This document shows positions 8,530 to 18,279 of a stretch of DNA of 64,000 nucleotides, in pieces. Within the stretch, counting starts at the first letter, position 1; every line of letters begins with the position of its first letter. This DNA comes from Candidatus Thorarchaeota archaeon (GTDB lineage Archaea; Asgardarchaeota; Thorarchaeia; Thorarchaeales; Thorarchaeaceae), in assembly GCA_030612365.1 (NCBI GenBank), contig JAUWOA010000001.1, forward strand, positions 7,184-71,183, written 5' to 3'. Made by a program: the position numbers and the translations under genes. The notes below the pieces were generated by a model. It was not told the origin of the DNA. It made no database searches and saw only the letters and a program-made list of their open reading frames with translations.

Positions 8530-9669
8530 TTGAGTGATTTGCTTGGAACACTACTTGAACAGGAAGAGAACGATAGAATGGATTTCAAGGTATCTCTTCC
8601 ATTAGACAAACCGTCTCAGAGGAAGGAACTCGCAAAGGACATCTGTTGTTTCGCCAATTCGCAAGGAGGGCATTTGGTCATTGGAGTTGACAAAGATAGA
8701 ACACGAGTAGGAATACCCCCTGGCTCACTCAACGTGGATGTTATCTTGAAGGTGGCTCGTGAGAGAATTCGGCCTGCTGTTAATACTGCACAGGCTTGGG
8801 AGGAGGTGTGCGAAGAGATTACGTATGGTATTATTGCCATTGACAAAACACACCATGTACACCAGACAATCGAGGGTGTTCACTTCATTAGGGTCAAAGA
8901 TAATTGCATAAGAGCCGACACATCTGCTATTGTAGGTTTGGGGAACGAATCGAGAGAGCATTGGATTGCTGAAACTCGACGTCTACAGGAAGCAGAACGG
9001 CGCGACTTCATTGAAATAGAATCCACACAAGCGGATGCAATACTGAACAGGTTACTTGAGCAATGCTATGGGGACGGACTGGTCGAGCGCCTTTCCTCAT
9101 CGCGTCGGGAGAGGAAATGGCATCTCCGAAGCATGGTTGATTGTCGACTGAATGCATTCAAAGATGCTTGTAGCATAACCCTTGACCCAGAAAGTCCTGA
9201 GATTGATGAGATTCGAAACGACCTTCTACGAACAAGGGCAATAGGGATGTTGGCGATGGCGCATCTTGGAAGTAAGTCTGATGACAAAAACAGGAAAGTA
9301 CGTTTGATACTGGAATACGATCCAGAAGTTGATGCACAACGAGAGAGTGAGTATAAACAGGAGGCAGTACTAGAATGGGCTATGAAATTTAGGAATTACC
9401 AAGAAACAGAAGAGATTCCGACACATGATAGAGGTTTGCTCGAAGAATCTCTCAGATTGCTTGATCGCCTTACGCTGGAGAATGAAATGCGAAGCACTCA
9501 GATACAGCTCCTTAGAGATAATCCCAAGCTTATGTTGCTGTCGTGGGTTCTGCTGAGTTCTCTAGCCGTCGACTCCACATGGGATCTTTCATCTGGTAAC
9601 TCTCGATGGGTCCAGATTATTGAACGTGAACATCGTAACGCATGCAAGCAGACGCACACAAGTGAATAA
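8530..9669 (+). CDS. Schlafen/AlbA_2 ('divergent AAA', AAA_4-like) domain protein
   Basis: N-terminal MDFKVSLPLDKPSQRKELAKDICCFANSQGGHLVIGVDKD matches the AlbA_2/Schlafen core (the E/D-F-K ... ELAK.I.AFAN..GG.L.IGV pattern). Confidence 0.5.
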   Translation: MSDLLGTLLEQEENDRMDFKVSLPLDKPSQRKELAKDICCFANSQGGHLVIGVDKDRTRVGIPPGSLNVDVILKVARERIRPAVNTAQAWEEVCEEITYGIIAIDKTHHVHQTIEGVHFIRVKDNCIRADTSAIVGLGNESREHWIAETRRLQEAERRDFIEIESTQADAILNRLLEQCYGDGLVERLSSSRRERKWHLRSMVDCRLNAFKDACSITLDPESPEIDEIRNDLLRTRAIGMLAMAHLGSKSDDKNRKVRLILEYDPEVDAQRESEYKQEAVLEWAMKFRNYQETEEIPTHDRGLLEESLRLLDRLTLENEMRSTQIQLLRDNPKLMLLSWVLLSSLAVDSTWDLSSGNSRWVQIIEREHRNACKQTHTSE

Positions 9670-9680
9670 CAATGAAGGAG

Positions 9681-9706
9681 TGGTGGACCGGGGGTTCGAA
9701 CTCGTA
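9681..9706 (-). repeat. tRNA 3'-end fragment (acceptor plus T-loop only)
   Basis: tggtggaccgggggttcgaactcg. Confidence 0.45.
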
Positions 9707-10429
9707 CTACGGTGATTTTTTCTTTCGGCCTTTCTTCTTTGGTGGCTCACATTCCTTATCTAGTAGAAAATCTAATGTAAAGTTGAATATGCCATCAGCT
9801 GTTTTCCTGTCTACATTGAACCGCTTAGGATGAGCGGAGAAGATACGATACTGATTGACCAATTTGAGGAGGTGCTCGTAGTATGGAGGAATGCAATTCT
9901 TAAAAGCACTTTTATTTTTCAGATATGCATCCGCCAGCTGCCCAAGAGTGAATCTCAATCTCGGATTTATGGATTCTAGTGTTTTCTTGCTTCGTCTTTT
10001 TAGAATGAGGAATAATCGACTCTCTAAGGCAACAGCGGAATTAATTACTGCAGACCAACAACATCCTTCCATAAGGCAATGGAAAGATTCGTTAATCCTC
10101 TCGGATTCTTCAGACGTACATACCTTAAGCTGCTCAAGTTTAAATGAAGTAATCTTTGAGTATTCTTCTTCAATTTCACCTAGAATTTCTTGTAGTAATC
10201 CCCTATAATGAGGTGTTTTAGGAGCCCATTTATGGATTGGATCTTTTGTATGCTCGAATCCTTCATCCACTCTAGTTAAGAAATCTAGATAACTTCCAAC
10301 ACTATTTCGAAGCGACCAATAGTATCGGTAGTATGTAATTGATTCATACTCTTCGCTGTTTATCTCTTTGATTAGCGTGGATAACCACTTGTCAAGGTGT
10401 AGAACCACATCTATGTAGTTTCTCTTCAA
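9707..10429 (-). CDS. hypothetical protein (240 aa, Lys-rich C-terminus)
   Basis: ORF only. Confidence 0.35.
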   Translation of the reverse strand: MKRNYIDVVLHLDKWLSTLIKEINSEEYESITYYRYYWSLRNSVGSYLDFLTRVDEGFEHTKDPIHKWAPKTPHYRGLLQEILGEIEEEYSKITSFKLEQLKVCTSEESERINESFHCLMEGCCWSAVINSAVALESRLFLILKRRSKKTLESINPRLRFTLGQLADAYLKNKSAFKNCIPPYYEHLLKLVNQYRIFSAHPKRFNVDRKTADGIFNFTLDFLLDKECEPPKKKGRKKKSP

Positions 10430-10705
10430 ACTGAATCCCCTAGCAGCTAATAATCAGGTCCACTGATTTCCCTTTCTGGATTGAACCCGTTCAAATATAT
10501 TTCGGCAATCAATTGAATAATCAGATTCACTCCACAATTCCTTTAACCGTTCCATCCAGCATGCAACACAAATCGCACTTGTTGTGCAAAGGGCCAGTAG
10601 ATCCGCCCGATAGACTACTCCTTCATATTTCGTCGCTGTCAAGCGGAACCGGACAATAAGGCGTTCTGAACTGCCAACCCTTCAAGACAGCTTTGAAATC
10701 TCTAA

Positions 10706-11653
10706 TCAGAGGTGAGAATCGATGAGGTTGACAAACCAAGAGTAATCAAAGAGCACCATCTCATAGTCTGCTGTCAGTGCAAGTGTCGCCCTTTTCAGAT
10801 TGTCCTGCTGCAAATGCTGTCCAAGGATATTGAACGAGAGAACCATACCTATGTCAACGACCTTGGAGAGAAGCGCGAGATACCTCCTCAGTTCATTCTC
10901 CATCAATGCCGGTTTCTCAAAGAGATTTCTTCCATGAAGCATACCCCGACCTAGGTCGGTTTCTGAGGGCACGCTGTGAACAGATTTGGATAGATGCCCG
11001 TAGATACTGCGTAATTCATTTATCGGTATTGGGTTTGTGAATCCCCAGTTGTCGAGCTGGGTAACCATTTCACTCACTCTAGGGATGAGCCTGTAATGTC
11101 GCTGGTGGATTTGATACTTGTTTGTGATATCAAAGATGATGGCGGAACCTTGTTCCAGATGTCGCACCAATGCGGGCTCTGATTTTATCTCTCTTTTCAA
11201 AACATCGAGGAACCCTACTTTCTCATCGCCATCATGACCAATCCTAAGCTTTTGGTCCTTTATGTTGTATTCGTTTCTGAACTGCTCCTTGGCTATCGAG
11301 TCGAAGAATGCACCTCTGATCATGTTCTCCAAGACAATACGCAGAAGCAATGTAGCTATAGAGTACCTGAAGCCAAGGGCATTCTGAAGTGAAACCTTCA
11401 TGGTCTGAGTTGCCTCCCAGATGAGAATCAGGAACGCAGTACTCACTCTGTAGAGAGGGCTTCTATCCTCCTGCTTCAAGATGAGAGCATCCTGTACAGC
11501 GGCTAGGTTGCGGACTGGATTGAAATCGAGAACATCCATAGTCCTGCAGATGTCCAAAGACTCAGAAACACCAGCGGATGCTCTTTTCATCTCTTCTGTG
11601 ACAATCCATTTCAAATCGTTAAACTCATCTACGCTTTCATTCATCTGACTCAC
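10706..11653 (-). CDS. hypothetical protein (315 aa)
   Basis: ORF only. Confidence 0.35.
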   Translation of the reverse strand: MSQMNESVDEFNDLKWIVTEEMKRASAGVSESLDICRTMDVLDFNPVRNLAAVQDALILKQEDRSPLYRVSTAFLILIWEATQTMKVSLQNALGFRYSIATLLLRIVLENMIRGAFFDSIAKEQFRNEYNIKDQKLRIGHDGDEKVGFLDVLKREIKSEPALVRHLEQGSAIIFDITNKYQIHQRHYRLIPRVSEMVTQLDNWGFTNPIPINELRSIYGHLSKSVHSVPSETDLGRGMLHGRNLFEKPALMENELRRYLALLSKVVDIGMVLSFNILGQHLQQDNLKRATLALTADYEMVLFDYSWFVNLIDSHL

Positions 11654-11746
11654 ATTGCTGTAATTGGGTCTGTGCTTGGTTAAAGGATTTCATTGTACGA
11701 CACTGCAATCTTTGGTTAACTGCTCGAAAAGAAAAAGAGGAGAAAC

Positions 11747-11785
11747 GGTGAATCGGGCGAGATTCGAACTCGGGATCTCTTCCAT
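11747..11785 (-). repeat. Degenerate tRNA 3'-end fragment
   Basis: ggtgaatcgggcgagattcgaactcgggatctcttcc. The reverse complement shows T-arm cccgag-ttcgaat-ctcgc with one mismatch. Confidence 0.5.
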
Positions 11786-12376
11786 TTTGGATGCACGCGG
11801 AGTGCGTCGCAAGTGCCAGAGTAAGTCATAGATTCCTAAGGAACTTGGTAGCATGCTATGAATCTGAATTTGAAACCAAATGGCGTACGATATTCACCCT
11901 CATATCGATCTGGTTGCCCAGTAGGTCTAATCAATGAACCAAAAATGTATTCCAGACATTGATGAATCCAGGCTTCATTATCATGTCCATCAGAAGTTGT
12001 CCAAAGGAAACAAATCAATCCATAGCCCAAATCGTCAGCATGTACATATCTTACATCTGGGTGCATCGCCATTCTCTTACGCAGCCTTACTCGTTTGCCT
12101 GTTGAGAGGTCAGTCAAAGATATTCCCACGCTTTCAGGTCTTCAGTCCTGTACTATCGTGGATTCAGACTAGCACAGATTTCTCTCAGACATCATTCATT
12201 CTCATCCAAAAGCATTGAGATGCCTGATTCAGCTGCTCATTCCAACCCTTTAACGATTGCTCCAAACTATCTAGACGCAAATGAGAACAATTGCTTCCTT
12301 ACTCGCGAAATACAGGGATACTACACTCTGAATTTCTATATCGGTACGTTCAATTACTAGAGAAATTCGTACATGA

Positions 12377-13354
12377 TTGGAGTGGCAGTGTTTGCTTCAC
12401 GACTTAAAATCTGATTTTAAACGCATTGAGGCAATTGAGGACCCTCGAACTCGCGGTCTTAGATTCGAAGAATTCCTTACTCGAATATTCGATAATGAAG
12501 ATATTGATTTCAAAGGCAGATACAGACCAAGAAGTGAAGAGGTTGATGGAGCTATCTTTCTTTATGGACGAACATATTTAATCGAAGCAAGATGGAGAAA
12601 GGATCCCGAACCTGCTAGCGCAGTTTATGCTTTTCGTGGTAAAATTGAAGGAAAAATCGCTGGAACCCTTGGCGTATTTTGGTCAATTAACGGATATTCA
12701 GATAATTGTGTACCTACTGTAATAGCTGGTAAAACTCTCAATGTGCTCCTTTTTGACAGAACCGATCTTGAAGCGATTATTGAGGGGGAAATATCATTCA
12801 AAAAATTGCTGGAGAAAAAGACCATTGCTGCGGGAACAAAGGGGGATATATACCTCCCTTGGTCTACAATTAGCAAAGCGCGTATATTAAGAAAACACAC
12901 CGATGATCTAAGCTTATTTGCCATAGTTGAGGGGTATTATGCTGTCACTATTCTAACTTCTCTATTCAATTTCATATTTGATAAAACTAAGTACAAGCCT
13001 GTGATAATTCCATCCGAAGGAAAAGCCAATGTATTAACTCAAGCTCCGATTTATGCTACAATTCTATTCTCTAATCCAAATGCTTATTGTCTTGTAGTAA
13101 TGGACCGTGATGCTGATTCAATTGAGTTCGTTGACCGCTTTCAAGATAAATTGAAAAATGCAACAGGTCCCGGTAAGAACAGATTGCACCTTGCAGTTCC
13201 AAATCCCTCAATCTGGACTTGGTTGAATTTAAGTTTAAAACTTCCAAATCCAAAGCTTCAAGAAATCTTGAAGGATTTTGATTGGTCTGATGCGATTTCA
13301 AAACATTCAGACCTCGATTCACTAGTCGAATTCCTTAAACAGATTGAAACATAG
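12377..13354 (+). CDS. Mrr-like PD-(D/E)xK restriction-endonuclease domain fused to a Toprim-like C-terminal domain
   Basis: N-terminal FEEFLTRIFDNEDIDFKGRYRPRSEEVDGAIFLYGRTYLIEARWRK fits Mrr_cat (FE...GDgGiD...hhQcK). C-terminal CLVVMDRDADSIEF resembles the Toprim DxD region of OLD/DUF4276-like proteins. Confidence 0.5.
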   Translation: MEWQCLLHDLKSDFKRIEAIEDPRTRGLRFEEFLTRIFDNEDIDFKGRYRPRSEEVDGAIFLYGRTYLIEARWRKDPEPASAVYAFRGKIEGKIAGTLGVFWSINGYSDNCVPTVIAGKTLNVLLFDRTDLEAIIEGEISFKKLLEKKTIAAGTKGDIYLPWSTISKARILRKHTDDLSLFAIVEGYYAVTILTSLFNFIFDKTKYKPVIIPSEGKANVLTQAPIYATILFSNPNAYCLVVMDRDADSIEFVDRFQDKLKNATGPGKNRLHLAVPNPSIWTWLNLSLKLPNPKLQEILKDFDWSDAISKHSDLDSLVEFLKQIET

Positions 13355-13549
13355 TGTATCACAAGTTCGGTGGTCAGCAAGAAGTGGTAGACCACCTCTC
13401 TCATCTTCTTCTGGTGCATCACCTGTGAAGAAAGATTTCAATTTCGTAGCGAGATGTTGAAACCAAGAATTCTGCACATCATCTTCTTGGTTAAAGATAG
13501 TGGCTAATTTCACATACCCATGTAAAACAGGAATCTATGGGTCGTGAAG

Positions 13550-13590
13550 TGGTGGACCGGGCGAGATTCGAACTCGCGAGTTCCTTCAAA
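13550..13590 (-). repeat. tRNA 3'-end fragment
   Basis: tggtggaccgggcgagattcgaactcgcgagttccttc. Confidence 0.55.
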
Positions 13591-13606
13591 TTAAAGCCCA
13601 ATTCCT

Positions 13607-14554
13607 CTAATCAGGAGGTTCATCATGAAGTGAGAATGAAACCTCATAGTATTTGATACTAACAAGATCACTAACCACCGAAACTGCGTGATCCATTCTT
13701 TCATCACTCTCTGTACAGAGAATCAAGCCTTTCACGTTGTCATCTAGGTTTTCTCTGACCCAACCCATATACCGTAAAACCTGACCAACTGTTTCATCGG
13801 GGCTTTGTCTCTTCTTAAGTTCAATAACAAGATATGATTCATCCTCTCCTCTCTTTGCAAGGATGTCTATGTATCCTATAGGCCTACTAGATTCCCCATA
13901 GACCGGGTACTGCTGACCTATGCGCCCATCAGCATCAATGAAGACCTTGTATTCTCCATTAAATATTATATCCATATTCTTCACTACGAAATCTTCAAGA
14001 TGCGTTTCTAAGCGGAAGCCGACGATGTCTGAAGTTCCTTCTTCCTCCTCGATGTCTTTTACAAGATTCTGGTAGTAATCCTCATCAAAGAATCCAGTTA
14101 AAGTATTCATTCCGAACGTGATACTTCCGAACTCCACATTCAGTTCCTCCCATTCAACATCGATGAAGCGTGGATACGGAGTTGCACCATGGTCACCAAC
14201 TCGCTCCTTTCCCTTTTCCAAATCGAAATAAGCTTCACCAACTACAGTTCCTACAGCTAATAGAATCATTCTTCCCTTTCTAGCTAGGATTTTATCACCA
14301 AGTTTGATTTTGTGATGGAAGTTCCATATCGCGTTGGTATCTAACGATACTGCGTTTTGTCCCACAATATCAGGATAGTCCTCTCTCCATTCTGCTACCC
14401 TTTCCCAGAGATCATCCTTTTCAATATCTCCAATATCACCCAAGGATGTCCAACCAACCGCTATCGTTCCGTGTTTCAAATCATAATTCCAGACATGGTT
14501 GAACACTCTCCAATTCCGAGAAGCATACGGAGCAATAACCCAGTAGCGAGTCAT
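13607..14554 (-). CDS. N-terminal EVE/PUA-like domain fused to a C-terminal NucS/DUF91-type PD-(D/E)xK nuclease domain
   Basis: The C-terminus GYIDILAKRGEDESYLVIELKKRQSPDETVGQVLRYMGW matches the NucS C-domain pattern (IDLLA..G..vvVEVKRR..a..AVeQLlrY). N-terminal YWVIAP...WRVF...G.IAVGW is EVE/PUA-like. The N-terminal assignment is weaker. Confidence 0.5.
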   Translation of the reverse strand: MTRYWVIAPYASRNWRVFNHVWNYDLKHGTIAVGWTSLGDIGDIEKDDLWERVAEWREDYPDIVGQNAVSLDTNAIWNFHHKIKLGDKILARKGRMILLAVGTVVGEAYFDLEKGKERVGDHGATPYPRFIDVEWEELNVEFGSITFGMNTLTGFFDEDYYQNLVKDIEEEEGTSDIVGFRLETHLEDFVVKNMDIIFNGEYKVFIDADGRIGQQYPVYGESSRPIGYIDILAKRGEDESYLVIELKKRQSPDETVGQVLRYMGWVRENLDDNVKGLILCTESDERMDHAVSVVSDLVSIKYYEVSFSLHDEPPD

Positions 14555-14606
14555 ATTTCTATGAACGCTCTTAGGGGTATTTGTCTTTCTGGTACAACAT
14601 GATGCT

Positions 14607-14642
14607 TGTGGACCGGGCGAGATTCGAACTCGGGACCTCCAA
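14607..14642 (-). repeat. tRNA 3'-end fragment
   Basis: gtggaccgggcgagattcgaactcgggacctccaat. Confidence 0.55.
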
Positions 14643-14809
14643 TGTAATCTTTGAAGAGGCAGTTATTGTCCACAACAACCAAGCTATCTTTTCAACTGGA
14701 CTTCTGGGCTCCGGATAACCTAGCATCTCTTCTATGCTCAATCACTCCGACACTCCACTCTTTCTACCTTATCAGCAAATCTCCTGTTACATCAAGAAAG
14801 TGCGCCGCA

Positions 14810-16015
14810 TTAAGCTCTATGTTTTCTCGAGTCTTTCTGCAAAGTATGTACATTTTTCCTCATGAGAGCCAACGGAATTTTCCAAACCCAATTCTTATCA
14901 TGTTCCATTGCCTCTATCGAGCGATTGTTCATTTGGGTGTTTAGTGAGAGCAAATAGGACCCACGATTCAATACTTCATTTGGGTTATCGAAGTTATCGA
15001 AAATCCATTCAATGACTTCTGAAAGATTCTTACTGTGAAACGCATCCATTATTTCTCGATCAAATGATTCGCTTTTGTAATCAGCATATTTACGGGCCCA
15101 TTGGAAGAAATCATCATGGTATTTCTTATCCATCCCTTCAATATACATTCTGAATGCCATGGGATTAACCTTCAAATGGAGTTCTATTGGTTTCTTTTTC
15201 ATTTTTTCAGAGATGGTCTTACCACTCTGAAATTCACTAACTAATAATTCAGCCAATATTCCATAAGACCGAAATGCAATACTGTCCAGTATCTTTCGAT
15301 CCAATTCCAGTTGCTTACTAGTCGTTATTTCACTAGCTGCCAAAAACGCTCTACAAAATTTCTCGTATCGTTTCAAATTCAGAAAGGACATCTCCCTTTT
15401 CTCTTTTGAAAATAGAGAAGTCTGTTTACCCAGTAGGTTTTTGGAATAACGGTAAAGGAGTTTTTCAACTTGCCTGGTTTGCTGGTTAAGCAAGAGTGAA
15501 CCACTAGAAATAGGTAGAGAAACTTCACTCGAGTCCTCAATCTGAGCCTTTCTAATACGCTCCTGAGACTGTTTATTAGCTATTAATTCCATTTCAAAAA
15601 TCTGTTTCACTTTGGCGTACTGAGTAGTTTCACCTCTTCTTACCGGAACACGTCCTTGTTGAAGTTCGTGAACATATCCAGTTTTGGGAATCGATAGAAC
15701 CGCGATTACTTTGGTTTCAATATCCACGAAGTTTATGGCTAGATGTATAGGTGGGAAAACTCGAGAGTTTGAGATTTGATGAATGATAGAAGAATTGAAC
15801 GCTTTCTTATCAATACCAATCACTTCGCAATCCCCATTTCTAACACCAACTAGAATCCGACCACCGAAAGTGTTTGCCATTGCAGCTATATCCTTCGCCA
15901 ATTCCTTTTTTTCGGACTCCTTTGATAGGTTCAAGGTTACCTTAAAGTCCAGATTTTCACTCTCTCTACATTGTTGAATTATTCCTTTTACAACTTCATC
16001 CAAATCCTCTGACAT
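14810..16015 (-). CDS. Schlafen/AlbA_2 ('divergent AAA') domain protein, a second paralogue
   Basis: N-terminal NLDFKVTLNLSKESEKKELAKDIAAMANTFGGRILVGVRNGDCEVIGIDKK. Confidence 0.5.
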   Translation of the reverse strand: MSEDLDEVVKGIIQQCRESENLDFKVTLNLSKESEKKELAKDIAAMANTFGGRILVGVRNGDCEVIGIDKKAFNSSIIHQISNSRVFPPIHLAINFVDIETKVIAVLSIPKTGYVHELQQGRVPVRRGETTQYAKVKQIFEMELIANKQSQERIRKAQIEDSSEVSLPISSGSLLLNQQTRQVEKLLYRYSKNLLGKQTSLFSKEKREMSFLNLKRYEKFCRAFLAASEITTSKQLELDRKILDSIAFRSYGILAELLVSEFQSGKTISEKMKKKPIELHLKVNPMAFRMYIEGMDKKYHDDFFQWARKYADYKSESFDREIMDAFHSKNLSEVIEWIFDNFDNPNEVLNRGSYLLSLNTQMNNRSIEAMEHDKNWVWKIPLALMRKNVHTLQKDSRKHRA

Positions 16016-16355
16016 CTGATCTCACCACTGACAATGTATTTCTCGCTGTAATAACACGCCACAATTCTTTTGGCCATATCATCCAGCACTGCAAATCGCT
16101 CACACATGCAACCAACGGACCGGTAGATAAGCCCCGTAGATCGTTTCCTAACCCCTACCAGTACCAATCATCGTGGTCTACCCACTGCATCATGATGCCA
16201 GCAATGCAATATCAATCTATCATACGTTTTGGTGCGTATTCTGCTATTGCTGTATTCATCATTTGTCTTACAGCATCAATTGAGTTCATGCCAAGCTAGA
16301 TGGTTGATTAAAAGGATATCATCATTAGTGATAATTATGATAACAACAGAATTGG

Positions 16356-16955
16356 GTGAGTACCTTGGACAAGAGAGAAGCGTATGCTAAATGTATGAAG
16401 GCAAGTCTTCGAAATGCTGAGATGTGGCTAAAGGAAGCTGGACTGATTGCCAAGCACGGAAGTAGTTGTCATGCTCAGGCTCTAACAATCTTTGCTTACG
16501 AGGAAGTTGGTAAGTCCTTCATGTGCTGGCTAGTTGTAAACAGTGTAATGCCCTTCAATCATCCTGATGTAGATTTTGCGAATCGAGGAAGCATATTCAA
16601 GAAACACTCCCTCAAGAGCAGCACGACATTTGCAATTCTTACTGCGGCTAGGCGGTACCAAAAGAAGGTTGGTGAAGATTTGAGAAAGCGTTTTGCAAGT
16701 ATGGGGGATGCCGCAACCAGAACTCGGTCTATCTACATGTATACAGATATCAAACGAGGACGTAAAGGACTTGAAATCATCAATCCATTGATGCAACCAA
16801 CTGCCATTGAAGCTGCATTGAATGAAGTTGCCCTTGCCATAAGAGAGCTAAAGATGTTCTTCAAGCTCACACCCGAGATTGGCTACATCTTTGAGAAGGG
16901 ACGGATAGAAGCAGAAGAGCATGATGAAAAATGGCCTGAAGACCCAGAGTGGTGA
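16356..16955 (+). CDS. HEPN-domain protein (AbiV-like)
   Basis: Rx6H motif in DFANRGSIFKKHSLK, plus a predicted alpha-helical N-terminus (MWLKEAGLIAKHGSSCHAQALTIFAYEEVGKSFM). Confidence 0.4.
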   Translation: MSTLDKREAYAKCMKASLRNAEMWLKEAGLIAKHGSSCHAQALTIFAYEEVGKSFMCWLVVNSVMPFNHPDVDFANRGSIFKKHSLKSSTTFAILTAARRYQKKVGEDLRKRFASMGDAATRTRSIYMYTDIKRGRKGLEIINPLMQPTAIEAALNEVALAIRELKMFFKLTPEIGYIFEKGRIEAEEHDEKWPEDPEW

Positions 16956-16987
16956 TATGATGGAATGCAATTAGAAGAAGCAGTAGT

Positions 16988-17021
16988 CAGGCGAAACTAG
17001 AATTCGGGATCTCCTCCAAGC
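16988..17021 (-). repeat. Highly degenerate tRNA 3'-end fragment
   Basis: caggcgaaactagaattcgggatctcctccaagcc versus consensus gcgagattcgaactcgggacctcc. Confidence 0.35.
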
Positions 17022-17032
17022 CATCCTTAGCA

Positions 17033-18127
17033 TCAGATTGCCCATTTGCAATTCTTTTCTTTATGATAATTCAGTGACTCCGGTTCTATATTATGATTCC
17101 AGCGAATTTCCAATCCATGTAGTGTGTGTGATTTATTGTTATGTATTATTTTCAAGGTCATTGGGTCGATATAGAATATACCAAGGTGCATCTCAGCATG
17201 ATGATTAGGGCAAAGACATAGAGTGTTCCCATCATAATCGAGATTGCGCGATGGGTCAGCTTTTGGAGGAATAATATGATGTATATGACAGTAATACCTA
17301 CCTTCAGGAGTAGCAATCGGAATGCCACAAATTTGGCATGTGGCATTTTCAAGATTTCTGACTCGTCTTTTTACTCTTGAATCACGCTCGATTTCTTCGC
17401 GCATGAATACGATCTTTTTTGGAATTTCCCCTTTCTTTGGACGTACCAGAGGAGGTCGATTATCTTTCTTTCGAGTCAGGGGCTGCAATCGTAATCCGCC
17501 CTGAATCCTAATCTTTCCTTGATTTACTCGATATAGAAGTTCATCAACGAATCCAAGATCTGTGAAACCATATCGTGTGAATATCGTCTTGACTACTTGT
17601 ATGATGCGAGCGTATTTCCATTGGGATGATGTGTATTTCCACTTACCTTGTAGTAGTCCAAGCTTCATCAGACCATTAACACTTACAGAATTCCAAATTG
17701 GATACTCCAGAGGTTTGGCCACAAAGAGCATCGTAGAAGCGAAATCATGACCTGTTCCTTTTAATCTGTATGGAGATCGATTCTTGAGAAAAATACCTAT
17801 TCTGGTTGCTACCGAATCGGCATTGTCATAAATCAGATATTTCAATGATTTCCTAATCTGTATGATTCCATTTTTCTGGAAACTTGTTGTATGCATTCTC
17901 TTCATTTTCGCCGTACGAACTTCTTTGTATAGTTCAAGTGCTTCTGACACAGTGAGTGTGTTCAGATGATTTTCCTGTAGATAGCCGCCTAGGTTTCCAA
18001 TACGAGTGTTCCACCAACCCACCCTGTAGTCCTCATAGCTCATTCCCTTAATCTCAGGACCTCGATCATATCCCGGAGTTCGAAATTTCTTGACTATCTC
18101 ATCTAGTTTCCTATAATGTATCACCAA
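17033..18127 (-). CDS. HNH endonuclease-domain protein
   Basis: C-terminal CQICGIPIATPEGRYYCHIHHIIPPKADPSRNLDYDGNTLCLCPNHHAEMH carries the C..C ... HH..P ... N..LC..CH..H HNH signature. Confidence 0.6.
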   Translation of the reverse strand: MVIHYRKLDEIVKKFRTPGYDRGPEIKGMSYEDYRVGWWNTRIGNLGGYLQENHLNTLTVSEALELYKEVRTAKMKRMHTTSFQKNGIIQIRKSLKYLIYDNADSVATRIGIFLKNRSPYRLKGTGHDFASTMLFVAKPLEYPIWNSVSVNGLMKLGLLQGKWKYTSSQWKYARIIQVVKTIFTRYGFTDLGFVDELLYRVNQGKIRIQGGLRLQPLTRKKDNRPPLVRPKKGEIPKKIVFMREEIERDSRVKRRVRNLENATCQICGIPIATPEGRYYCHIHHIIPPKADPSRNLDYDGNTLCLCPNHHAEMHLGIFYIDPMTLKIIHNNKSHTLHGLEIRWNHNIEPESLNYHKEKNCKWAI

Positions 18128-18204
18128 CTACTTCCTCCCACAAACAAATGAGACGAACTAACTCTTATATATTTCATATGGACTTCTATAGAAACAATGA
18201 AGTA

Positions 18205-18234
18205 ATGGTGGGCCGGTCGAGATTCGGAATATTA
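18205..18234 (-). repeat. Degenerate tRNA 3'-end fragment
   Basis: aatggtgggccggtcgagattcggaatatt. Confidence 0.4.
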
Positions 18235-18279
18235 ATTATCTAGAATTCATTATATCGGGCTTGTTGAGGGGGTGTATTA

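Noticed and set aside
1683-18234. The tRNA-like fragments as bona fide tRNA genes
   Set aside because: None has a recognisable 5' half: there is no D-arm and no acceptor 5' strand. Several have non-pairing T-stems. They are remnants or att-like repeats, not functional tRNAs.
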